A stretch of 46,101 bases of DNA from a virus (IMGVR_UViG_3300037448_000006:1-46101), one strand, 5' to 3'. Positions 1 to 7,675 are shown, numbered from the stretch's first letter. Made by a program: numbers and translations. The notes: generated by a model from the letters alone, not told the origin.

Positions 1-30
1 CCCTGGATCGTCATGCCGATCTCGTCGGCC
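1..30. repeat. Terminal 30-bp overlap (circular assembly junction)
   Basis: Bases 1-30 CCCTGGATCGTCATGCCGATCTCGTCGGCC are identical to 46072-46101. Confidence 0.97.
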
Positions 31-122
31 GCCTTCAAGCGGCCGACGCCAGCCTGAGTCAGCTTGAGGAAGGCTTCCTTCTTCTTCGGGATCGGAAGCT
101 CTCGGGTGTTCACGATACTCAA
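1..122 (-). CDS. terL: 5' part of terminase large subunit gene (HTH-like N-terminus), continues across the junction
   Basis: Reads (L)SIVNTRELPIPKKKEAFLKLTQAGVGRLKAADEIGMTIQG in frame with ORF 44289..46085; AGGAG RBS before TTG at 122 (alternative GTG at 113). Confidence 0.85.
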   Translation of the reverse strand, partial: MSIVNTRELPIPKKKEAFLKLTQAGVGRLKAADEIGMTIQ

Positions 123-502
123 GGGGTCTCCTAATGACGGGGAAGGGATTCCCCGAAGGGGACACCGTGGATATCCATCTTCAACAGCTTCAACCGGTGT
201 CACGTAGTGAGCAGGGCGAGCTTGCGAGCCCTGCGAACGATCTCACCCACTTCGACTCCAGGCCCCCTGAAGGGCCTGGAGTCAGGTGCACCTGTGTGCA
301 CCCAGTGCACTTGTTCTCCCCGTGCACTTCCCGTCGGCAGCCCTTCAGGGGCTGCCTCGGGGTGCCACTGGTGATCCTGGTGGCACTTGCACACGCTCGG
401 CTCTCCTCGCCTCGCTCACTTCGTTCGCTCGGCTCGGGGACATCGCTGGGGGCCCCATATACCTAACGCCCGTATTTCCGGATTTCGTGACAGCACAGCC
501 AG

Positions 503-518
503 TGTGATCTACGTCACA
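503..518. promoter_or_regulatory. Crp-family binding site 1
   Basis: TGTGA-TCTACG-TCACA, perfect TGTGA-N6-TCACA in non-coding DNA. Confidence 0.6.
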
Positions 519-571
519 CTCATGCCGACCCATGCAGGACAAGGACCGTTCGTGTCTCCACCTTCCAAGAA

Positions 572-587
572 TGTGACCCAAGTCACA
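572..587. promoter_or_regulatory. Crp-family binding site 2
   Basis: TGTGA-CCCAAG-TCACA, perfect TGTGA-N6-TCACA. Confidence 0.6.
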
Positions 588-728
588 CCAAGAACCGGGA
601 ATAGACCATCTGGAGGTCAAGCCATGACAGTCACACAGAGAAGCCCAGTGCACACAGTGAGTAGTCCATATTGCGCATGTGGAGGGGGACTCACCCCACC
701 TCACCCCGCCGCCAGTTAAAACCCCCGG

Positions 729-905
729 GTCGCGCGCGTGCACACGAACGCGCACACGATGCACGCACACACACGCACGAACGCGCGCGTGCACACACGC
801 ACCTCGCTGCGCCCTGACATGACCACGCCCAGGCCAGCCGTGCACGCATGACCATGCATGGGCACGCATGTCGATGCATGTGCCAGCATGCGTTCACAAG
901 CGCAC
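729..905. repeat. Alternating purine-pyrimidine low-complexity tract
   Basis: CGCGCGCGTGCACAC occurs twice, plus CACACACACG and several GCATG/ATGCAT units. Confidence 0.85.
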
Positions 906-1092
906 AATCAACAGTCTGTTGAAGGAAGGATGGGCTGCCGGGGGGCGGACAGACACCTGTCCAAGACGCTTGTCCCACCATGTCAGGACCAAAATGCATG
1001 ACAGTGCTGACATTGCAGGCCATTGATTGTCTACGCGCGTAGATGCTTGGAGGCTTTGGATAACGGGTCGATAACGGAATCGGGGAAGGGTC

Positions 1093-1129
1093 TTGACGCC
1101 CTTCTCCCCGTAGCGCTTGGCTGTGCCCC
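1093..1129 (+). promoter_or_regulatory. Candidate housekeeping-sigma promoter for a leaderless first gene
   Basis: TTGACG-N18-TTGGCT, 7 nt before ATG 1130; no SD; the -35 sits inside an inverted repeat. Confidence 0.35.
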
Positions 1130-1408
1130 ATGGACATCACGTGGGAGTTCGAGAGCGAGAGGGCGGCCCTTCGGGGGGCCGCCGCCGCCACTGGCCTGGA
1201 CATGGCCGAGCAGGCCATGGAGGACGAGTGCACGGCTGAGTCCGTGTGGCTCGACCTGGTGGCCGCGTTCTCCCGTGACCGTGAGATCGGGACTGCTCCC
1301 GTGCTCACGGTGGCCACCGGGGCCACCGTGAGTGTCCCCAGGCGCAGGGTCACCCTGCGTTCCCTGGTCTCCCGCTTCATCCCCGCCATCACCTGGAGTC
1401 TTGCATGA
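1130..1408 (+). CDS. hypothetical protein
   Basis: ORF with GC3-rich codons, ATGA overlap with next gene. Confidence 0.65.
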   Translation: MDITWEFESERAALRGAAAATGLDMAEQAMEDECTAESVWLDLVAAFSRDREIGTAPVLTVATGATVSVPRRRVTLRSLVSRFIPAITWSLA

Positions 1409-2034
1409 CCATGACCCGTATCAAGTTCGAACTGCTGGGCGACCGGCGGGGCGACGACTTCCGCTGCCTGGCTCACATCGACTACTCGGAGCCGGGTACG
1501 CCCGTGTACACCGCGTTCGAGTGCACGTACTGCGGTGAGGAGTGGGCCGAGGGGCGGTGTGTCCGTGCCGTCTCTGCGGACGGCACGGTTGTCGATCTCC
1601 ACGCTTCCGGCTGCGAGCACGCCGAGCCGGTGAAGGAGTCCTGCCACTGTGGTGGGACCATCGAGCCCAGCACCGATGAGGATGCGGACCTCAGCCCCCA
1701 GGAGTGGCTGTGCGGGTCCTGCCTGCTGGTCTACCCCGCCCCCGCCCCCGAGCTTCGCCCGCTGGACGGGATGGACGTGATCACGATCCTTGAGGAGCGT
1801 CCGCACCCCCGCAACGTGGTCGCTGGCACCATGGCCGTGCGGCGCCTGAAGTGGCACAGGGAGCTGGCACAGATCAGCGTGGAGACCGGGATCGCGTTCG
1901 AGGATCTCCCTCAGGCCGCTGTGGACAAGCGGATGCGGGACGCGCAGAAGTCCTTCACGGCTCGCCCCAGGGCTCCCCGTGCCTCTCGCGCGAAGACCGG
2001 CATGTCCACCCTGCGCGACGGTCTGAGGTTCTGA
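1405..2034 (+). CDS. hypothetical Cys-rich (Zn-binding) protein
   Basis: 209 aa with CxxC, CxC and WLCGSC motifs; typical codon bias. Confidence 0.8.
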   Translation: MTMTRIKFELLGDRRGDDFRCLAHIDYSEPGTPVYTAFECTYCGEEWAEGRCVRAVSADGTVVDLHASGCEHAEPVKESCHCGGTIEPSTDEDADLSPQEWLCGSCLLVYPAPAPELRPLDGMDVITILEERPHPRNVVAGTMAVRRLKWHRELAQISVETGIAFEDLPQAAVDKRMRDAQKSFTARPRAPRASRAKTGMSTLRDGLRF

Positions 2035-2121
2035 CGTGAGCATGTTCCGGACCATCAGGGCGTGGCTGTCCTTCGCGGGTGAGATCACCGTCCTGCGCTT
2101 CGCCTACTGCCTGGAGTCGCT

Positions 2122-2397
2122 GTGACCGACGTGAACGTCCGCAACGCCCTCTTCGATCCCCGCTGCGGGTGGGTTCTCGTCAGTGGCGGTGTGTACCTGG
2201 GGATCACCAGGGTTACGGGCCGGAGCGCTGCGATGAGGGTGCTGAGTGCACGTGAGATCGCCTGCGGGGTGCGGGAGTCCACCCGCAAGTGGGAGAGCAG
2301 CTCCGGCCGTGAGGCTGGCCGGGGCGAACTCAGGAGCTTCTGGGCTCGCGATGAGAAGCTCGGGGAGGCCCGGAGGCGCATGCGTCGCGGTGAGTGA
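2122..2397 (+). CDS. hypothetical protein
   Basis: GGAG RBS, GTG start, ends just before a terminator. Confidence 0.6.
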   Translation: MTDVNVRNALFDPRCGWVLVSGGVYLGITRVTGRSAAMRVLSAREIACGVRESTRKWESSSGREAGRGELRSFWARDEKLGEARRRMRRGE

Positions 2398-2399
2398 GG

Positions 2400-2431
2400 C
2401 AGGCCCCCACTTCGGTGGGGGCCTGTTCTTT
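2400..2431 (+). terminator. Intrinsic terminator
   Basis: CAGGCCCCCAC-TTCG-GTGGGGGCCTG followed by TTCTTT. Confidence 0.85.
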
Positions 2432-2895
2432 GCCCTGATGGTTGCAAAGTACACTCAAGCCCTACAGGGCCCCTTGAGGGGGCCCTGTCCCATTGGTGGA
2501 CTGATGTACGCACCCATGCCTGCGAGGCTGCTGAAGGGCCCTTGTAGGCCCTTCTCGGGGGTCTGTGCTGGCTGGGGGCCGTGCCGGGGGTGCACCTGGT
2601 GGCCGTTATCGGCCTGTGACCTTTCCGTGTCCTTGCCGTGCTCGATCCGGGGTTCCGGACCCCGTAATGTTCTGGGTGTCGGAAGGAGCGGGGAGCACGA
2701 AGACCCGGACACCGCGACCGTTGAGCAGAAGAGCCGTGAACGCCCTTACGGGCCTAACCCAAGGCTTGGATCTCAGAAAGGTCACGAAGTCCGCGAGGGT
2801 CTGGACTGCGACCCGCGAGACCCGGCAGGATCTACCCCAGCACGACGGCCCGGAGGCAACGCCCCTCGAAAGGGGGTGGCCCGAAGTGAGTCGCA

Positions 2896-2913
2896 GTCCC
2901 TTGACAACTGAAC
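2896..2913 (+). promoter_or_regulatory. rrn-leader-like boxA element
   Basis: GTCCCTTGACAACTGAAC resembles the actinobacterial rRNA leader motif GTTCCTTGAGAACTCAAC (from memory); lies in a 700-bp non-coding leader. Confidence 0.5.
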
Positions 2914-3015
2914 CGAACGGCTTGGCCCACCGAGTGACGGGCCACGGCAGGTCCCGAGAGCACCACCAGACGATACACGCTGGTCAGTGTTTACGGTCTG
3001 CCGCTTCTCTCTCCC

Positions 3016-3111
3016 GGACGGGAGTGCACCTTGCTCCCGTCCATTCCCTACGGACAGGGTCTTCGGACCCTGTCCGGTCCAGGGGTGACAGTCCTCAATG
3101 CCTGTCACTCC
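3016..3111 (+). promoter_or_regulatory. Three tandem hairpins ahead of the first early-operon gene
   Basis: Stems at 3016-3042, 3051-3076 (UUCG loop) and 3082-3111. Confidence 0.7.
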
Positions 3112-3142
3112 CGCATCGGTACCCCATAGGGAAGGGAACCCC

Positions 3143-3406
3143 ATGAACACCAATGACTTCGAGTACACGCAGCACATCACCACCGACATGAACCCCGACG
3201 GCTACTGGGTCGGGGTCAACAAGGTGGGTGGTGGCACGGTGGGCCAGAAGTACACCGGCTACTGGGACGCCACCGTGTACGACGGTGACGAGAACGAGCT
3301 GTGGCACACGGACGGCGCGACGGACAGGCACATCTGCACCCGCGTCTTCCAGAACCACCTGTACGCGGCCTGCCTCGCTCTGGATGTGTACGAGGGAACG
3401 CTCTGA
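3143..3406 (+). CDS. hypothetical early protein
   Basis: AGGGAAGGGA RBS, starts MNTNDFEY. Confidence 0.85.
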   Translation: MNTNDFEYTQHITTDMNPDGYWVGVNKVGGGTVGQKYTGYWDATVYDGDENELWHTDGATDRHICTRVFQNHLYAACLALDVYEGTL

Positions 3407-3455
3407 GACATCTTCAAGCACACCCCCGAAGGGGTGTGCTTGGGGGGCATCTCAG
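3403..3455 (+). promoter_or_regulatory. Intergenic long hairpin, copy 1 (RNase III-like site)
   Basis: CTGAGACATCTT...AAGCACACCCC-CGAA-GGGGTGTGCTT...GGGCATCTCAG. Confidence 0.7.
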
Positions 3456-3482
3456 CCTGGATCCTCAGGGAAGGGGAGAAGC

Positions 3483-3851
3483 ATGGCGAGCAACAAGAGG
3501 TACATGGTCGTAGGCAAGTGGTACGGCCAGCGCTGGGCGGATGCGGACTTCGAAGTGTGGGAGTCCGAGTCTCACGCCCGCCATTCGCTCCTGGTTCGTG
3601 ACAACATGAACTGGGATTCGCGGACGCTCCTTCAGGAGGTCAGCGGGTCCTGGGGAGAGTTTCACACCATCTCCCACGTGGAGAATGTCCGCTTCTATGC
3701 GGACAGTCGTGAGACTCGCCGCATCGACATCTACGCCGTGGAGCTGGAGTACGACCCCCGCCTGATGGCGTGGAAGTTCAAGGTCGCCTCCGACCCGTGG
3801 TACCGGCTCACGCTGGGCCCCCGTGGTGGCGTCCGTAAGGAGATGTACTGA
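3483..3851 (+). CDS. hypothetical early protein
   Basis: GGGAAGGGGAGAAG RBS; ends in LTLGPRGGVRKE, a motif familiar from actinophage proteins. Confidence 0.85.
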   Translation: MASNKRYMVVGKWYGQRWADADFEVWESESHARHSLLVRDNMNWDSRTLLQEVSGSWGEFHTISHVENVRFYADSRETRRIDIYAVELEYDPRLMAWKFKVASDPWYRLTLGPRGGVRKEMY

Positions 3852-4147
3852 TGGGCACCCTGAAGAACATCGAGACCGGCGGGATCTTCTGGTACGACCG
3901 GTACGAGAGGGTCAAGGCCAAGCGATGGCTGTTCAGGGCGGAGTACCAGGGCGCCGGGGAGGCCGGAGGGGCTCTCTTGAGGAGTTTCTCCGACCATCCC
4001 GAAGCTCACTACGTCATCCTTATCCAGGATGACGAGCCGTGCATCCACCTGCTGGTGTGGAATCCGGCGAAGTACGACGTGTGCGGCGAGTGCTTCAGCC
4101 GCAAGGATCGCCTGTGTCAATGCGAGGGAGCATCATGGAACGAGTAG
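3851..4147 (+). CDS. hypothetical protein
   Basis: TGATG coupling, AAGGAG RBS. Confidence 0.8.
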   Translation: MGTLKNIETGGIFWYDRYERVKAKRWLFRAEYQGAGEAGGALLRSFSDHPEAHYVILIQDDEPCIHLLVWNPAKYDVCGECFSRKDRLCQCEGASWNE

Positions 4148-4320
4148 CGCGAACGGGGCTCACTGCCTTGATTGGCATGGCCGTCGGCATCACCCTGTCA
4201 TGGGTGAACATCGACAGGCCTGACGAGGTGACCGTGTTCAACTCGGGGTTCTCGGACTCCAAGCAGGACGACTGCCAGCAGGGGTTCATCCCCGCGTGTG
4301 CCTGGCTGAACGGCAAGTGA
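4135..4320 (+). CDS. small membrane protein
   Basis: GAGGGAG RBS; N-terminal hydrophobic helix GLTALIGMAVGITLSWV. Confidence 0.75.
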   Translation: MERVARTGLTALIGMAVGITLSWVNIDRPDEVTVFNSGFSDSKQDDCQQGFIPACAWLNGK

Positions 4321-4321
4321 C

Positions 4322-4376
4322 CTGAGACATCTTTACCAGCAGGGCCTCAAGGCCCTGCTGGTTGAGGGCATCTCAG
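4322..4376 (+). promoter_or_regulatory. Intergenic long hairpin, copy 2
   Basis: Same outer arms as copy 1 (CTGAGACATCTT / GGGCATCTCAG), different inner stem. Confidence 0.7.
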
Positions 4377-4412
4377 TTCTGAGGTGAACAACCCTAGGGA
4401 AGGGAGAAGATC

Positions 4413-4679
4413 ATGGAAACCATCATCTACGTGATGGCGGGGAACGACGTGAACGGCAACCCGCGTCGGGGGTGGATTATCCCCGGTGCTGGTCCGGATC
4501 GTTCGGACGCCTTCGTGGATGAGGGGTACGCGGGGCGCGACGCGCTCTACACGTATCTCCACCTGCCCATGAAGGACAAGAGCCTGAACATCGCTCGCCT
4601 CAACTACGACACGCACGTGACTGAGGTCGTTCTCGACATCACTGTGTCGCAGTACAACAAGTTGAAGCGGGGCAAGTGA
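4413..4679 (+). CDS. hypothetical protein
   Basis: GGGAAGGGAGAAG RBS; NDVNGNPRRGW motif. Confidence 0.85.
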   Translation: METIIYVMAGNDVNGNPRRGWIIPGAGPDRSDAFVDEGYAGRDALYTYLHLPMKDKSLNIARLNYDTHVTEVVLDITVSQYNKLKRGK

Positions 4680-4903
4680 TGGCGAGGAACAAGAGGTTCA
4701 AGCTCACTCGCGTTACCAGCAAGAGGGCGAGCCAGGACACGTTCGAGGTGTTGGACCGGAAGACCGGTCAGCGTTACGCCATCCTGTACCGCCAGAACCA
4801 CGGTGGTTGGCGGTACCGACTGGACAATTACGCTCACCGCATGTCTGCCCTGTTCGCCACTGAGTCGAGCGCCCTGGACGCCATCGAGCGAGAGGTTTTC
4901 TGA
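4679..4903 (+). CDS. hypothetical protein
   Basis: Coupled start; basic ~74-aa ORF. Confidence 0.75.
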   Translation: MARNKRFKLTRVTSKRASQDTFEVLDRKTGQRYAILYRQNHGGWRYRLDNYAHRMSALFATESSALDAIEREVF

Positions 4904-5127
4904 TGGCCATCATCATCAGGATCGAGATCCAGGGAGACCGGAGGGGCGTCAAGCCCTCCGGCTGGCTTGTGCTGGAGTACGGCCAGCCGAACCTGTTCCA
5001 CAGGGATGACGGGCTGATGTCCGTCGCCGAGGTGCAGAAGAAGTACGGCGGGATCGTCAAGGAGACCATCAGGGTCGGGTCCACCGAGTATCAGAGGCTC
5101 CTGGCCAAGTCCGGAGTCCGGGAGTAA
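4903..5127 (+). CDS. hypothetical protein
   Basis: GAGG RBS, TGATG coupling. Confidence 0.8.
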   Translation: MAIIIRIEIQGDRRGVKPSGWLVLEYGQPNLFHRDDGLMSVAEVQKKYGGIVKETIRVGSTEYQRLLAKSGVRE

Positions 5128-5131
5128 GTGT

Positions 5132-5187
5132 CAGTGACCAGTGGCACGGCAGGGTCTTCGGCCCCTGCCGTGTACGCGGCATCACTG
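5132..5187 (+). promoter_or_regulatory. Intergenic long hairpin, copy 3
   Basis: CAGTGA...GCACGGCAGGG-loop-CCCTGCCGTGT...GGCATCACTG. Confidence 0.7.
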
Positions 5188-5209
5188 CCGAAACGGGAGA
5201 GGAGAGATC

Positions 5210-5434
5210 ATGGCATACGCCGAAGAGGTCGTCATTGGTGACCTCATCGCACTCGCCTGGGTAGGCGAGTGCGAGGCTACCGATCTCCTCAAGGTGACCA
5301 CCATCGGGTGGACCGCCGAGGGGAGCATCAAGTTCTTCGGTTACCGAATGATGGGGGACGGCACGACCATCTCCCTGGACCCGATGGCCCCGCATGACGA
5401 ACTGATCTTCTGGCCTGTGAAGGAGTACGTCTGA
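5210..5434 (+). CDS. hypothetical protein
   Basis: GGGAGAGGAGAG RBS, starts MAYAEE. Confidence 0.8.
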   Translation: MAYAEEVVIGDLIALAWVGECEATDLLKVTTIGWTAEGSIKFFGYRMMGDGTTISLDPMAPHDELIFWPVKEYV

Positions 5435-5604
5435 TGGTGTCCTGGAAGAGGCACGGCAAGGTTGAGGCCGACTACCGCGCCCAGGCGGACAAGTACACGT
5501 CCGAGTGGGTGTCCAGCGAGGTGACGGGCGACGAGCCCACGGTGTGGGATCAGATCCAGTCCGCCCCGCCGGTCGCCGGATGGGACAAGGAGGACAAGAA
5601 GTGA
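5434..5604 (+). CDS. hypothetical protein (56 aa, below ORF-track cutoff)
   Basis: AAGGAG RBS, coupled at both ends; MVSWKRHGKVEADYRAQ... Confidence 0.7.
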   Translation: MVSWKRHGKVEADYRAQADKYTSEWVSSEVTGDEPTVWDQIQSAPPVAGWDKEDKK

Positions 5605-5849
5605 GCGTCTACGTGGTCGAGTGGTACATGGACAGCGACAACCGGGTCCGGTCCATGGAGATCGACATCGGCAAGGAGAAGCCCACCAAGGAGACGTTCG
5701 CGTTCTTCATCGAGGCTCGCGAGAGTCTCCAGGGTGAGCGCATCAACGTGTACAACTGGCTGCTTCAGGGCGAGCCCCGCTCGCCGTTCAATCGACTGTG
5801 GGGCGGCTCCAACCCGGGCGGCCCCAAGTCGCTGGCCGACCTTCTGTAG
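5601..5849 (+). CDS. hypothetical protein
   Basis: AGGAGG RBS, GTGA overlap. Confidence 0.8.
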   Translation: MSVYVVEWYMDSDNRVRSMEIDIGKEKPTKETFAFFIEARESLQGERINVYNWLLQGEPRSPFNRLWGGSNPGGPKSLADLL

Positions 5850-5896
5850 TGCAGTCGGATGCACGGCCCGGGCCGTGCATCCTTTCGGCATCACAG
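5844..5896 (+). promoter_or_regulatory. Intergenic long hairpin, copy 4
   Basis: CTGTAGTGC...GGATGCACGGC-CCGG-GCCGTGCATCC...GGCATCACAG. Confidence 0.7.
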
Positions 5897-5922
5897 CGGT
5901 GCCTGAAGGGAAGGGGAGAAGC

Positions 5923-6570
5923 ATGACCGAGGTTCAGAACGCCGTGCCCGAGATCGTCATCAACGGCGTGACGGTGGTGTCCATCGCGGACTACGCGAAG
6001 CGTCGCCACCTCAAGGTGGCGTTCGTGCAGAACACCATGATCAAGGGCGACGACCAGAACCCGAAGATCGAGCCCGTGTACAAGCTCGGCACGACCGGCA
6101 TGTACTCGATCGAGGAGCTGGACGCCGCGTACCTGACTCGCGGTTCCAAGGGGATCACCCTGGCGTCCATGGGCTACCTCCACCCCGCCAAGGCGGTGGA
6201 ACTGGAGTCCCGGATCCGCGAGCTGATCATGGAGAAGGTGGAGATCGGCAACCAGTACAACGACATCTTCAACGACATCCAGGAGCGCGAGGAGGAGCTG
6301 ACGCAGGCTCGGGACGCGCTCTACAAGTCCACGGCCGAACTCCAGGACGTCCAGGAGGAGCTGGCGCGGGTCAAGGCCAGGCTGTTCCGTGCCGAGCAGC
6401 TCATCGAGAGCGGCCAGAAGGAGTACGACAAGGTCTCGGCGGAGCGTGACGAGCTGTTCGCGAAGGTGCGCAAGTACGAGGAACTCGCCCTGGAGAACGG
6501 TCGCAATGCGACCGATGCGGAGCGTGCGGCCGAGACTCTCCGGAGTGCCATCGCCGAGGCGAACAGCTAG
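5923..6570 (+). CDS. putative HTH plus coiled-coil protein
   Basis: N-terminal SIADYAKRRHLK (excisionase/MerR-like HTH appearance) followed by a long E/K/L/R heptad-like region. Confidence 0.8.
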   Translation: MTEVQNAVPEIVINGVTVVSIADYAKRRHLKVAFVQNTMIKGDDQNPKIEPVYKLGTTGMYSIEELDAAYLTRGSKGITLASMGYLHPAKAVELESRIRELIMEKVEIGNQYNDIFNDIQEREEELTQARDALYKSTAELQDVQEELARVKARLFRAEQLIESGQKEYDKVSAERDELFAKVRKYEELALENGRNATDAERAAETLRSAIAEANS

Positions 6571-6574
6571 CAGC

Positions 6575-6627
6575 GTGTGAGCTTCTATCCCCCAGGGCCT
6601 TCAAGCCCTGGGGGCTGATGTCCACAT
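6575..6627 (+). promoter_or_regulatory. Intergenic long hairpin, copy 5 (divergent)
   Basis: GTGTG...CCCCCAGGGC-CTTCAA-GCCCTGGGGG...CACAT. Confidence 0.6.
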
Positions 6628-6656
6628 GATGTGCATGAGGACGGGAAGGGGGAAGC

Positions 6657-7187
6657 ATGGCGAAGGGCGACGAGATCGACGCCATTTGCCGCATCCTGGA
6701 CAAGGAGTGGCCGGAGGACACGGTCAACGAGACCGTTGCCGCCGCGATCCTCAAGGCGGTGGACGCCACAAGGAGTACCCTGTGGAGGCCCCTGGGGGCC
6801 CCCCTGAAGCCCGGGATGGCCTTCAAGGGTATATGGTCCAGTACGACCTGGATCGTGGCCTGGATAGGCCCTGCGGAGCCTCAGGGACGTGAGATGGCGT
6901 GGCTGGTCCACGCCTCGGCGGACTACGGGGCCATTCAGCCGGTGGAGTCACGGGCGTGGCAGTGGACTTCCCCTGCCGCGATCAGGGATGCCACCAAGGA
7001 GAAGATCCTGACCAACGAGCTGGGCATGGTGGCCGGTGACAAGGTGACCATGCGGCAGGACGGGCAGTATCTCATTGAGGCTGTCTTCTCCCGTGGGGTG
7101 CTCATGCGCTCCCGTCGCACCGGCATGGTGTGGGCAGAGACGAACGGCGGCCTGGAGAAGTACTACAAGGACGGATGGAAGAGTTGA
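6657..7187 (+). CDS. hypothetical protein
   Basis: GGGAAGGGGGAAG RBS, 176 aa. Confidence 0.85.
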   Translation: MAKGDEIDAICRILDKEWPEDTVNETVAAAILKAVDATRSTLWRPLGAPLKPGMAFKGIWSSTTWIVAWIGPAEPQGREMAWLVHASADYGAIQPVESRAWQWTSPAAIRDATKEKILTNELGMVAGDKVTMRQDGQYLIEAVFSRGVLMRSRRTGMVWAETNGGLEKYYKDGWKS

Positions 7188-7378
7188 ACAACCAGAAGTG
7201 GTTCCTCGCGTGGGACGCGCCGGACGGCAGGGAGTGCATGGTTCAGGGGGACGGCAACTACTACGACGCCGTCAAGTGGGCCGACGCCAAGCTGCAGCCC
7301 GGCGTTCAGTGCTTCATCTCCGTCGTCGGTGATGACAGTCTCGACACCTACGGCTACAGCGTCAAGGAGGGCAAGTGA
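7175..7378 (+). CDS. hypothetical protein
   Basis: AAGGA RBS, starts MEELNNQKW. Confidence 0.7.
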   Translation: MEELNNQKWFLAWDAPDGRECMVQGDGNYYDAVKWADAKLQPGVQCFISVVGDDSLDTYGYSVKEGK

Positions 7379-7557
7379 CCGAGCGTCGCAAGCAGGCGTA
7401 CCAGGAGTTCTACGCCGTCACCATGGGCTCCAGTGCTCAGTACGTGCTGGAGAGGATCGTCCGGGAGGGCGTGAACACGGACTTCCTGAGCGACTCCTAC
7501 CCGGCCAGCGGCCGGGATCACAAGTGGCACATCAAGATCGAGATTACGGAGGTCTGA
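7375..7557 (+). CDS. hypothetical protein
   Basis: AAGGAGG RBS, GTGA overlap. Confidence 0.8.
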   Translation: MTERRKQAYQEFYAVTMGSSAQYVLERIVREGVNTDFLSDSYPASGRDHKWHIKIEITEV

Positions 7558-7558
7558 C

Positions 7559-7675
7559 ATGGCCGACTTCATCGGAACGCTCGCGGTCGCCCTCCTCGGA
7601 CTGACCAGCATCGTGACCAGCTCGACCATCAACAACCTGCGCAAGCGGATCGAGCGACTGGAGCGTAAGCAGTAA
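7559..7675 (+). CDS. small membrane peptide
   Basis: GGAGG RBS; MADFIGTLAVALLGLTSIVTSSTINNLRKRIERLERKQ. Confidence 0.7.
   Translation: MADFIGTLAVALLGLTSIVTSSTINNLRKRIERLERKQ

Noticed and set aside
134-1100. ORFs in the control region (134-466, 286-507, 345-869, 387-719)
   Set aside because: Low-complexity or palindromic DNA, atypical codon use and no RBS.
691-2088. 465-aa - strand ORF
   Set aside because: Antisense to well-formed + strand genes and runs into the low-complexity tract.
3403-6627. Repeated hairpins as a CRISPR array or integron attC sites
   Set aside because: The repeats are not identical, are separated by whole genes, and there is no integrase or attC core consensus.
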